A DNA stretch of 63,754 nt, the filler included, from Chiloscyllium plagiosum (lineage: Eukaryota): NCBI RefSeq assembly GCF_004010195.1. It is 3 parts of one record of this genome, joined end to end, with 100 filler letters (N's around TTAATTAATTAA, not from the genome) between each part and the next. Parts side by side here need not be neighbours in the genome. Positions count along the whole stretch, not along the records: positions 17,026 to 40,192 come from NC_057710.1; positions 40,293 to 63,754 come from NC_057710.1; 1 more part is not named here. One strand, 5' to 3'. The notes beneath the pieces were generated by a model. That model did not search any database, was not told where the DNA came from, and was given only the letters and a program-made list of their open reading frames with translations. The stretch's first letter is position 1; every line of letters begins with the position of its first letter. The position numbers were made by a program, and so were the translations under genes. Positions 36,999 through 48,516 of this stretch are shown in pieces.

Positions 36999-39804
36999 TG
37001 TCTGGGAAGGGGAAAAGAAGAAAACCTATTGAGGGCACTTTGGCGGCATGGATGACAAAGTGGTGTATATTAGTTATTGTCAATAAGTTGCAGTGTTTTA
37101 ACCTTACATCTGTTTATTTGACTCTCTATGTTGCTCCAAGTATATGTTTGTCAGTATGGTACCTAACTTCATGGATACACAGGATATGCTTTAGATTGAT
37201 GGCTGGTCCTGCTGCCATCATTGCCCCTCATTCTCCAATATTCCTATTCTTTCCCTGGCTTCTGTGTTCAACAGTGAATGACATGGACAGTGATGCCTGG
37301 GGCAGAGAGGTGAGCAGCAAAAAGAGAACCAATGCATTAGGATGGCCTGGGATTAGGGACCCTGCAGGTCTGTGACCTGTAATAGGGCTGTGTGTAATGT
37401 TGTCTTCTTTTCAGGGTTTTCACAGAGATGGGTCTTTAGCCGCCTTCCTCTCAGCTGGAGTCAGTTACCTTACCTGCTTTGAGTGTGGTTGCAGCTATTT
37501 CCTTCCCCATAGTGCATTTTAGATTTCCAGAACAGTGAAAAGTGACAGTGAGCACTCTTCAGTGCCTGTCCCTGCATGCAAAGTATCTTTGCAGCAGCCT
37601 TTCAATGCTAGTTGCTGCTCAGCCCTGAAATGTAAATCGGTGCTTCCTATGCACCCTGCTGGTATTTCAAAGAGGTGCAATGATTGGCATTAGGAGTTAC
37701 AAGTGTTGGCTGCCATGGTTGGTGAATGAGGGCTGCATGCTGCTTGGTGCCTATGGAAGATGCGCTAGGATGGAGCTTGGTGCTGAGCTGCATGGAGGCT
37801 CCTTGCAGTTAGTGACAAGCTGAAATTGCCAGCTACCTGCCCTCATCTACAGATTGAATTTTCTCAATGACTAACTTGTTTGGCGCATTTGGTAAGATCG
37901 GAAGCTGAACGTTAATGAAGTGGGTCAGGCTGTTACTAAGGCAGTTAATATGATAAAATCACACTTAATTGGCAATGTGTTGCCTTCTGGTGAGAAACAT
38001 GCCTTATCGCTTATCAAAAGCATAAAAGATACAATGAAATGCTCCCCACACCGTGATAGGCCTTGCCGGCCTTCTTATCTGATTCTGCTACAAATCCCAG
38101 CATAACCAATATCGTTCAGATACCACCCAATTCAGATTCCACCCAATTCAGTTTATTAACTTAATTAATTTGGTAATTTAAAATCATGGCTTCATGAGCC
38201 TCCATTTTGATCTCCCCAATGCTACTTCACTCAGAGTATTGAGTAGAACATCCCGCTTTCTCTTTTCAACCTCTGAGGTAAATTTTGTACCCATACTATT
38301 ACTTTCTCTTTCATCCCACAGACCTCAATTGTACAAACCAGGTATCAAATACCTTTCAGAAGACAATACCAAATGTCCTTCCCACATTCATCAAATCTCT
38401 CCACAGTGACATCAAAACACTCAATCAGGTTGGAACAATAATGATTTGGCTTCATAAATCTGTGCTTGCTCACCTTTACTAGACCATGTTAGTCCAAGAG
38501 ATTAATCTATTGTTACTGAAAGATTCCCCAGCTCTGATGTTAAATGAGTTTACTGGCAATTGCCAGGTTTATTCATTTTTGAGCAAAGGTTTGACATTTG
38601 TATCCTCCAGTCCTTTGGCACCATCCTTTTGGCTGATATAATTCCTGCCCTTGGCTTGCTTAACAATCTAAAGTTATCTATCTGGGTCGCTTAAGTATTT
38701 TGAATTCTGTCAATTTTTCTTCTAACTGTGCTTTAGCTTTTCTTTTTAATCCCATACAGCAGTTTTGGCAAAGTTTCTTGCTTGTTAAATGTGGATTCAA
38801 AACCACCATTTTATAAACTAACCATGCTTGTTGTTCCACTTTATAACTGTTAATGTACTGGTTTTTTTAAAATAGGTGAGACCTTGTGACTGTTTCAAGC
38901 ACATTTATGATTTTTTGTGTCCAATAATTTATTCTTATTTAAGCTTACCTTTTAAATAATTTTTACCTAAAACATATGAATTTTTAAAACTCCCACTTCA
39001 ATTCTCATTTCACTTTTCACTGCCATACAGTCAACATATTTGGTTGTAAGTGTGTGAGCTGCTAACACGTCCAATTTCTGATACTTTATCAACAGTTGGA
39101 AATGTATTTTCATACCATAAGTGACACTGCTTCACCCACTCTCTTTGTTATCACTGAAATACTTGACCAAGGTAGCCAGACGTGATTTGTCCTTAAATCC
39201 ATGCCGCATTCAATTTATTAGTCTAAAGTAGTGGATAATTTTCAATCAAACTATTGTTTCTAACAACACTCACACCACCAACATTAAACTGACTGACCTA
39301 TGTTGTGTATGGGCCTGAAATGGTGTTGATTCCATGTGGACGTGGAAGAGTAAATTTGGAGATGGTAGGAACTGTGACTCATGCTCTGAATTGTCTCATC
39401 AATCATATTTATGAAATCTGTAAATAGTTTCAACAATACAATCAACTTCCTATTGTTTATTCAAAAAAAACCTCTTCTAATTAGGTAAGAAAGATGGCTA
39501 CCCTGCACACATAAGCCCCTAAAGAACTCACAGAATTACAGGATATGGACAGTGATGCCCACAACATGGTGATTAGTGTGGGATCTGAAGAGTTAATTCA
39601 ACAGCATCCATCCCAACGTATCAAGCATACTGGGAGTCGAAAAGACCTCAGGGAAAACAGATAATGTTGATTGCCTAAAATAGCAAACCCCTGAAAAGCC
39701 CCATGGCCACACTCAATGCTGAAAATAATTCTTTGAAGAATGGTTTAAGTTGCATTGTCTATGGCATTAGTTCAAAGTCAAGTTCAGACAGTGAGTGAAC
39801 AGAC

Positions 39805-39958
39805 AAATCCATACATTGTAGACGTAGGCCACTCAGTCCATCGAGTCCACACATCAACTCTAAACAGCATCCCATCCACACCCAACCCCTTACTCTATCC
39901 CTGCACTTCCCATGGCTAATCCACCTAAACCTGGCACATCTTTGGACTGTGGGAGGAA
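39805..39958 (-). mobile_element. HE1-like SINE 3' part
   Basis: CCATGGCTAATCCACCTAAACCTGGCACATCTTTGGACTGTGGGAGG, homologous to the other copies. Confidence 0.75.
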
Positions 39959-39960
39959 GA

Positions 39961-40192
39961 GCTGAAAATGTGTTGCTGGAACAGTGCAGCAGGTCAGGCA
40001 GCATCTAAGGAACAGGAGAATCGACGTTTCGAGCATCAGCCCTTCTTCAGGAATGAGGAAAGTGTGTCCAGCAGGCTAAGATAAAAGGTAGGGAGGAGGG
40101 ACTTGGGGGAGGGGCGTTGGAAATGCGATAGGTGGAAGGAGGTCAAGGTGAGGGTGATAGGCTGGAGTGGGGTGGGGGCGGAGAGATCAGGA
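39961..40192 (-). mobile_element. PLE 3' terminal repeat running into linker
   Basis: Homologous to 32404-32492 and 14082-14269. Confidence 0.8.
40019..40053 (-). ncRNA. Minimal hammerhead ribozyme motif (best preserved)
   Basis: Minus strand reads TTC-CTGAAGA-A-GGGC-TGAT-GCTC-GAAA-CGTC-GA, with an intact core, stem II and GUC cleavage triplet. Confidence 0.75.
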
Positions 40193-40292
40193 NNNNNNNN
40201 NNNNNNNNNNNNNNNNNNNNNNNNNNNNNNNNNNNNTTAATTAATTAANNNNNNNNNNNNNNNNNNNNNNNNNNNNNNNNNNNNNNNNNNNN
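40193..40292. other. Artificial 100-bp contig linker (N44-TTAATTAATTAA-N44)
   Basis: 12-mer at 40237-40248, identical in design to 16926-17025. Confidence 0.9.
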
Positions 40293-40910
40293 AACAGTAT
40301 CCAAAGCGGTATACCTATTGTTTAGGGGAATGACTACAGGGGATCCCTGCATTGCCTGCTTCCTCTCCTTCCCACCTCTAACTGTTACCCAGCTACCTCT
40401 GTTCTCTGGCGTAACTATGTCCCTGTAGCTTCTATCTATCACCCTCTCAGCCTCTCGAATAATCCTCAGTTCATCCAACTCCAGCTCCAGTTCCCTAACG
40501 CGGTCTGTGAGGAGCTGGAGCTGGCTGCACTTCCTGCAGGTGAAATTGGCAGGGGCATCGGTGGTCATCCCTACCTCAAACATCCTGCAGGAGGAACATT
40601 CCACTGCCTGCGCTGCCATTACGCTACACTTAGTCTCCAAAACAGGAACACTAAGTAGCTTACCTGTTCAGCCGACTGAGTCCGTTTTTTTAGGTTAGGG
40701 GAGGAGGGAGGGTGGGAGATACTACACGTGTAGTGTCTCGGGTTCCTTCTCCACTCAAACTTCTTACCTTCCCAGAAGCCTCTGTTGACGACTTCCGGGT
40801 TCCCATTCCTAGTTGAAAAAAAAACACAGACTGCGAAAAGAAAAACGTTAATTTAAACTGGTCCCCACTTACCTTCCAGCTCCCCTCTCTGTGTGCCCGC
40901 TGTAGCCCTG
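40293..40910 (-). mobile_element. CR1 LINE 5' end: 5'UTR and ORF1 N-terminus (zinc finger/leucine zipper)
   Basis: Open frame MAAQAVECSSCRMFEV...TCRKCSQLQLLTDRVRELELELDEL...WVTVR...IPLNNRYTALD, the typical vertebrate CR1 ORF1 N-terminus. Confidence 0.85.
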
Positions 40911-40914
40911 AGAA

Positions 40915-42060
40915 CTAACAAAGAAGATTGAGGGCAAAGCGGTAGAAAGAATATATGGATTTCAGTAAGGTGTTTGACAAGGTTCCTCATGATAGATTGC
41001 TTAGCAATGTCTACATGGAATACAGGGAAAACTAGCCATTTGGATACAGAACTGGCTCGAAGGTAGAAGACAGAGGGAGGTGCTGGAGGGTTGCTTTTCA
41101 GACTGGATCCCTGTGATCAGCAGTGTGCCACAACGATTGGTGCTGGGTCCACTGTTTTTTGTCATTTATATAAATGATTTGGATGTGAATATAGGAGGTA
41201 TGGTTAGTAAGTTTGGGGATAACACCAAAATTGGAGGTGTAGTGGACAGCGAAGAAGGTTACCTGACAGTACAGCAGGATCTTGATCAGATGGGCCAATA
41301 GGCCGAGGAGTAGCAAATACAGTTTAATTTAGATAAAGTGAGGTGCTGCATTTGAGAAAGGCAAATCAGGGCAGGAGTTATCCACTTAATGGTAAGGTCC
41401 TCGGGTGTGTTGCTGAATAAAGAGACCTCGGAGTGCAGGTTCATAGCTCCTTAAAAGTGGATTTGCCGGTAGATAAGATAGTGAAGAAGGCGTTTGTTAT
41501 GCTTTCCCTTATTGGTCAGTACATCGAGTATAGGAGTTGGGAGGTCATGTTGCAGCTGTACAGGAATTTGGTTAGGCCACCTTTGGAATGGTCAAGGAAT
41601 TCTGGTCTCCCTGCTATAGGAAGAATGTTGTGAAATTTGAAAGCGTTCAGAAAAGATTTACAAGGATGTTGCTAGGTTTGGTGGGTTTGAACTATCCGGA
41701 GAGGCTGAATAAAATCATGAGGGGCATGAAAAGAATGAATAGCTAAGGTCTTTTCCCCAGAACAGGGGAGTCCAAAACTAGACAGCATAGGTTTAAGATG
41801 AGAGGGGAAAGATTTAACAAGGACCTGAACGGTAATTTTTTTTATGCAGAGAGTGGTGCACATATGGAATGAGCTGCCAGAGGAAATGGCAAAGTACAAT
41901 TAGAACATTAAAAGACACCTGGATGGCTATATGAATAGGAAGGTTTAGAGGGATGTGTGCCAAATGTTGGCAAATGAGACTAGATTAATTTTGAATATCT
42001 GGTCAACATGGACAAGTTGGACCAATCTGTTTCTGTGCTGTACAGCTGTATGACTCTATG
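40915..42060 (+). mobile_element. CR1 LINE RT 3' half
   Basis: MDFSKVFDKVPH and VPQRLVLGPLFFVIYINDLD...SKFGDNTKIGG motifs, with an ATGACTCTATG tail. Confidence 0.88.
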
Positions 42061-42184
42061 GCTTTACACTGCGAAATGATTACTTGTGCTTGAATCTCTA
42101 ATCCAAGTAACTTTTTTTACTATCTCCTGCATCTGGTCTGACCATGGAGTCAAAAGGGGGATGTTTTTATTTTGTGCAAGCAAA

Positions 42185-42331
42185 TTAGATTAGATTACTT
42201 ACAGTGTGGAAACAGGCCCTTCGGCCCAACAAGTCCACACCGACCCGCCGAAGCGCAACCCACCCATACCCCTACATGTACCCCTTACCTAACACTACGG
42301 GCAATTTAGCATGGCCAATTCACCTGACCTT
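42185..42331 (-). mobile_element. HE1-like SINE 3' part
   Basis: (ATTAG)n tail, GGAAACAGGCCCTTCGGCCC, GGGCAATTTAGCATGGCCAATTCACC. Confidence 0.78.
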
Positions 42332-43299
42332 GAGTTATAATCTGCTGATGGGTCTGTATTTGAAATTTTTGAGCTGTAGTTTTTAGAAGTTTGTGATCAG
42401 AGTTAGACAGTTAATGATCTGTAAGTGATTTTCTGATAGTTTATTGAGCTTGTTAAGAAGCAGAATACTAGATATATTAGCTAGTTATATACAGAAAGTA
42501 TACAGCCATGACAATTGGAGATGGCCCGTTGATAGCAGAGAACAAATAAGCTGTTAGCTTGGAATCATTTGGTCTTGTTGAAGTGGTGGGGACAACATCC
42601 TCATCTCTAGCCGAGGTTAAGGAAATTATCTCTTTAGCCTCCTTTTCTTCTGGTCTATTTCCATCTATCTGGTGAGGACTCCTCGATAATGACTGCTGCC
42701 TTTAAGGTCTACTTAATGAGAACTGTTCTCTGGGAAAACTCCCCTCTGCCCTGAGTCTACTCTATTCTTGGCTTTTGCCACAGATCCTCCAGACCTATCC
42801 CTGGTGTGGGTATTCCAGTGTGGAACTGGCCTAGACCACATGTGCTTCACCCCTTGCACTTCCCTATCCTGAGTACTCCTCTCTCTCTGACCCTGCCACT
42901 TAGTCGTCTATCATTTCAGGGGCGGGTTATGTTCTCTGTCAATCAATTGTCTGAACCTCTTTGGCCAATGACAATGGGACAGCAACTCATGACATTAGTT
43001 GATCATTATCTCCTTGCTTACCGTCATCTGAGGGTGTGTTTACCATTCTTTCAAAGGTTATTGTCAAGAATAATACACTGGTAATAGACTGTGTTTGGCA
43101 CCAGATGAATTGTTGATGCTAGTTCAATTGGCATCATGACCTCTGTGTTATTTTGTAATTCCTCCCTTTGATTTCACTAGAACTTTGGAAAGTTAAGTAA
43201 TGCCGAAATATCTGTTAAATGATCTCTCCGGCTACACGATAGATCAGTACAGTGAAAATTCAGTTTTTAAGGAATCCCAATATTCACAGAACCCATGAT

Positions 43300-43830
43300 T
43301 ACTTGTACTGAGATTTCTGTTTTGGAAGAAGAAGAATTGAAATGTTCTTCTTGAACTCTCATCATCAGGGTCAGTAGACTAGTTTCTAGAATGACTGGAT
43401 TACCTCTGAAGAGAGATCGAGAAAACCAGGCCTCCAAAACTCTCGAGAATAGAAGTGGTCTGATTGAAACTGACAAAATACTGAGAGGAATAGGCAGGGT
43501 AGATAAAGATAAGATGTTTCCCCTGGTAGAGGAGTGCAGAACCCAGGCACCGTATACAAGTTAAAGATAAGGGGGCTGTCATTTAGTTTGAAAATGAGGA
43601 GCAATTTGTTTTCATCCAGAGGGTTGTGAACATTTGGAATTCACAATCACAGAGGGCTGTGTCAGCTTCAGCTTTGGCTATATTTAAGGTGGAAATTGAT
43701 AGATTTCTGATTACAAGTGGCATTCAAGATTACGGAAATGGGGTGGGTAAAAGACATTGAAAGGTTCGATCAGCTATAATCGTATTGAAAAGTGGGGCAG
43801 GCCACTTGGTCCTGTGTTGATATTTTCCAA
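43300..43830 (+). mobile_element. Old CR1 3' fragment
   Basis: RSGLIETDKILRGIGRVD / RVVNIWNS-like motifs. Confidence 0.7.
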
Positions 43831-44189
43831 TCTGACATTAATTTCTGTCACAATTTATTCTGCATATGGTTCTGCTGTCTGAATGACTCCTGTCAAAAGT
43901 TTATCAATGAGCTTGAGGAATGTATTGTGTTGTTCATTGTTGTTGCTGGTATTTGCTTCTCCACACAATGTGCTGATTTCTTTCTGCAGTAAGTTCTACT
44001 GTTTGATAGGAAATGAAAGTATTTCCACCACTTCTGTAGAGTCTTGGGTTTCCTTCCTATTGACAATAGGAAACAAACCTGGAACTGTACCAACATCTTG
44101 GTGAAGAGGTCTGCTAATGTGTTTCTTGGTGCTTTGAAAGAGAGTTGTAGAGTGGAGGTACATATAATACACCAAAAAATACAATAAAA

Positions 44190-47150
44190 ACCAAGTCAGT
44201 CAAAAGGCAATTCAAATTCAGTCATGTTAAGGTACAAGAAAACGTGGCAAGACTGGATATTACTTTAACGAAAGGTGTCTTGCATGTAAGGCAAATAAAT
44301 TTAGAGTGTTGATTCCTGCTTGGGGGTGCAATATTACTGTGTTATGAAGACATGCTTGAGGAGGGGTAATATCTTAGCTGGTTCCTCAAATGTGGCCAAA
44401 TAGATTTAACTTTAAAAAACAAAAACAGTGTAATCACTTTGCTCGAGGTGTGGAGTAGACCCTTAAATTGTCAGGGAAAGATAGAAAGACAAAATCGAGT
44501 CAAATCTCAAGAGATGTGTACAAAATAATAGGGTAATAATAATAGATTACTTACAGTGTGGAAACAGGTCCTTCAGACCAACCCACCCCCCTACAATTAC
44601 CCCTTCACCTAACACTATGGGTAATTCACCTAACCTGCACATTTTTGGACTGTGGGAGGAAACCAGAGCACCCGGAGGAAACCCATGCAGACACACGGAG
44701 AATGTGCAAACTCTACACAGACAGTTGTCTGCGGCGGGAATTGAACTGGGATCTCTGGTGCTGTGGGGCAGCAGTGCTAAACACTGTGCCACCTCCCCCA
44801 TTTTCCGCAAAAGTAACTGGGACACAATGAAAGGCTTGGAGGAGGTGGAATTCTTAAAATGTGTTCAGGAGAGCTTTTTAAAGCCAGCATTTAGAAAGTC
44901 CTATAAGACAGGGAATAGTGCTGAACTTAATTTTAGGGAACAAAGTTGGGCAAGTGGTAGATGTGGCAAGTGGCAGGGAGGGGTGGAATTTTGGTGGTTG
45001 TGATCATTATTCAAAAGCATTTAAGGTAATTAGATGAACCTAAAATAAATGTTCTGAATTGAAAGAAGGTCAATTTTATTGCAATAAGACAGGATTTGAC
45101 CAAAGTGGACTGGGAACACCTACTTGCAGGAAATCCACATCAGACCATGGGGAAACATTCAAAAGAATAATAGCGAAAGTGTCGGGCCAACATATTGTTG
45201 TGAAGTTAAGGGGTGGGACCAACAATCCCAGAGAATCCTGGATGTCAAGAGATGTACATGATTATATAAGGGGGAAAAAAAGAGAGACTATGGTAAGTAT
45301 TGAAGGCTGAAAACAGCAGAGGCCTTAGAGGATTGAAGGGGGGTTACTTAAAAAAAGGAAATTAAGGAAGAGCAAAGAGAGATAGGATTGAGGCTGATAA
45401 CATTAAGGAAAATTCAAAGTTATTTTATAAGTATACTGGGGAAAAAGAAAGAGTACAGCCCATTAGGGACAATCGGTGTATGAAGCTGGAAAATATACTT
45501 GTGGTTTTAAATGATAACCCTGCATCTGTATTCACCGTAGAGATGGATGATGTAGGTATAAGATCAGGCAGACTCTAACATAATTGAACAGATTAGTAGA
45601 GAGAGAGAAGGTACTAACAGTTTAGCAGGCTTAAGAATCAGTAAATTCCCAGGCCCAAGCTGCTGTATGAGGCAAAGGAGGAGATTGCAGAGGCTTTGAC
45701 GCGAATTTTCAAATATTCTCTGACCACAGGAGGGATCCCAGAAGACTTGAGGACAGCTAATATGGTACCATTATTCAGGTAGGTTGGTAGGAATAAACCA
45801 GGAAACCACAGACCAGTGATTGAACATCTGTGGTAGGGGAAATTATTGGAAAAGATTCTGAATGACAGAATTAAACTCCACTTGGAGAGGCAAGGCTTAA
45901 GCAAGGCTAGTTAACATGGCTTGGTAAAGGGGAAATAGTGTCTAACAAAGGTAATCTTTTTGAGGGGAGGTGACGAAGTGTACAGATGAGGGTCATGTGG
46001 TTGATATCATCTACATGGACTTCAGTAAGGCTTTTAACAAGGTCTCACGTGGCAGGCTGATTAAGAAGCCAAGAACCAATGGGATCCACAGCAATTTGGA
46101 AACTAGGATCCAAAAGTTGCATAGAAGCAGGAAGCAGAGGTGGATGCGAGAAGGATATTTTTGTGACGAGAAACCTGCATGCAGTGGCTTACTACAGGGT
46201 TCAGTGCTACATCCCTTCCTGTTTGTTGGGTACATTAATAATCTTGACATGAATGTAGGAGATATGTCAGTAAGTTCACAGATGACACAAACATTGGTGG
46301 TGCTGTAAATAACGACGAGGGAAAACTTAAACTGGCTGGTCACATGGGCCAAACAGTGACAAATGGGATTTAACCCTGAAAGGTGTGAAGTTAAGCATTA
46401 TGGGAGACAAACAAGGCAAGAGCTTACATGTACAGATGACTGAGGGAACTGAGTGTGCATACCATAGATCTTTGAAAGCAATAGGACTGGTAGATAAGAT
46501 GGTTAAGAAAGCATATGGAAAATTTACTTTTATTAGTCTAGGCATTAAACACAAGAGCAAGAAGGTTATGGTGGAGCTGTGTATAATGCATGTGACCTTA
46601 GTCAAGTCATGGGTGGAGTACTATGCAGAGTTCAGATCATCACACTATTGGAAGGATGTGATTACACTAGAAAGGATACAGAATAAATTTATCAGGATGT
46701 TGCTGGGTTTGAAGGTATGTAGCTATGAAGAGAGACTTGACAGGCAGGAGTTGTTTCTGTGGAGTAGAGAAGGCTGAGGGAGGGGTCTGATTGATGTGTA
46801 CAAAGTTCTTTGAGACATAGACAAGGTAGATAGAGAAAAGCATGTTTTCCTGGGTAGAGGGGTAAATAACCAAGGAGCACATCTTTAAGGTAAGGAGTAG
46901 AAGGTTTAGAGTGGATTTAAGGAAAACCTTTTCACCCAGAATGTTGTGGAAATCTGGAACTTACTGCCTGAAAGGTGCTGGAAGCAGAACCTCAAGCCAT
47001 GTAATAAATATTTAGGTGAACACTTGAAAGGCCTTAGCATACAAAGCTTGGGGCCAAGTGCTGGAAAATGGGATGACTAGTGTGAACACAATAGTTTGAA
47101 GAGTCTCTTTCCATACTGTAAAATCTCTATGATGCTATGACACTATGGCC
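44190..47150 (+). mobile_element. Long degenerate CR1 ORF2 (endonuclease to 3' UTR), interrupted by a SINE
   Basis: FLKCVQESFL, YMDFSKAFNKVSRGRL, QGSVLHPFLF..YINNLD and LERIQNKFIRML motifs, with many stops. Confidence 0.85.
44545..44792 (-). mobile_element. HE1-like SINE nested in CR1
   Basis: Minus strand GGTGGCACAGTGTTTAGCACTGCTGCC...AGTTCAATTCC. Confidence 0.82.
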
Positions 47151-47582
47151 TCCTAATGCCAACATCAGTAATCTCAATAGATTTTTCCTACTTGGTGTTC
47201 GATTTTGAGTCTAAGAAACCTAATGATACATTGACCAGTTACCCCTTGATCAGTTAACTGAAAATAGGCTATTCAGCGAAAGTTATTCTTTCACTGGTTT
47301 CACTCTAAATACACCTGGAATAATTTGATTTCTCATGATCTGTTTGCTGACTCTTAGATCTAGCTGTAAAATGTCCTTACCTCAAGGATGTTGGTGTCAA
47401 GTCATGACTGCAGGCTCCAAAGTGAGATGTGTTGTTTGTAAATCACAAAGAAATACTGAACTTTGCTGCATTCTTGGTGTTGCAGAATTACTTGTAATGT
47501 GCTTTTGATCTTGAAAATTATGCCACTTTGATAATGTAGTTATATCTCCACATAAAAGCAGTTAATTAAGTCTGTCTTCAGT

Positions 47583-47675
47583 CTTAAAGAAGAGTCAGAT
47601 TGGACTCAAAATATTAACTTTTATTCTCTCTCCACAGATGCTGCCAAACCTGCTGAGTTTCTCTCCGTTTTATTT
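47583..47675 (+). mobile_element. PLE-derived terminal fragment with decayed HHR
   Basis: TTAAAGA-A-GAGTC-AGATTG-GACTC-AAAA, followed by the family tail CTCTCTCCACAGATGCTGCCAAACCTGCTGAGTTTC. Confidence 0.6.
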
Positions 47676-48516
47676 TTATATCTGTCTTTAATCCCGCTCT
47701 TTGGCCTGAACAGTCAGTGCATAGTTTCCAAGATCTCAGCACCGTTCCACAGTGCAAAAAGCGAGAGTCCAGCAGGAAGTGATGGTTTACTGAAACTGAT
47801 CTGTTGGAAAAGTATGAACAGTGAAATCATTAAGCCTGTGTTTCTCACAACCTCATCTAAAACATTGTTTTTAGCCTTCAGACAATTGGTTTATGTATGA
47901 GGCAAGAGGCTACCTTAGCAATATTGTCTTTCTGTGCTTTTGATAAAGATATGTCCTTGGCAAAGATTAAAAATAACCCATCTTGTACATTCAGCGAGTA
48001 AGCTACTATGGAATCTTTCTTCACAAGATTTTATAATATTCAATACATTTCTTAAAATTTTGTAATGTTACTGTACAGCAGTCTCTTTGTGAAAGCCCCA
48101 TGCTGACAATGTATTTCATTCAGCTTGAAATGAGTAGCTTCAGTGGAAATTACAGATTTGCTACATGATCTTTCAAATGCCTTGGATTTTTTTTCCCCAC
48201 TCATGAGATGTGGATGTCAGTGGCTCGGCTCAGAGGGTAATTGAGAATCAGTCACATTGCACAGGATCTGGAGACACATGCACCCAGAGCTGGTAAGGCC
48301 ATTGCCTTGATTTCCTGTAGCCAAGGAAGGGGCACTGTGAAATAAATGCCTTCCTCACGGCCCTGATCCCACTGCTGGTGAATTCACCCTTTTGATCACT
48401 TGAGCCTGCCAGCCTGACCTGACATGGCAAGGAACCTCCTTCCAGAGCTCCTCACTATGGAAGGCACCCTCCTGTTCTCTTTGCCCTCTCTCGATGGCAC
48501 TGCCAATCTGCCAGTT

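Noticed and set aside
37200..38110. Possible non-autonomous Harbinger-type elements (also ~1290-1650, ~20740-21200)
   Set aside because: The resemblance is impressionistic, and no TIR pair or TSD could be fixed by eye.
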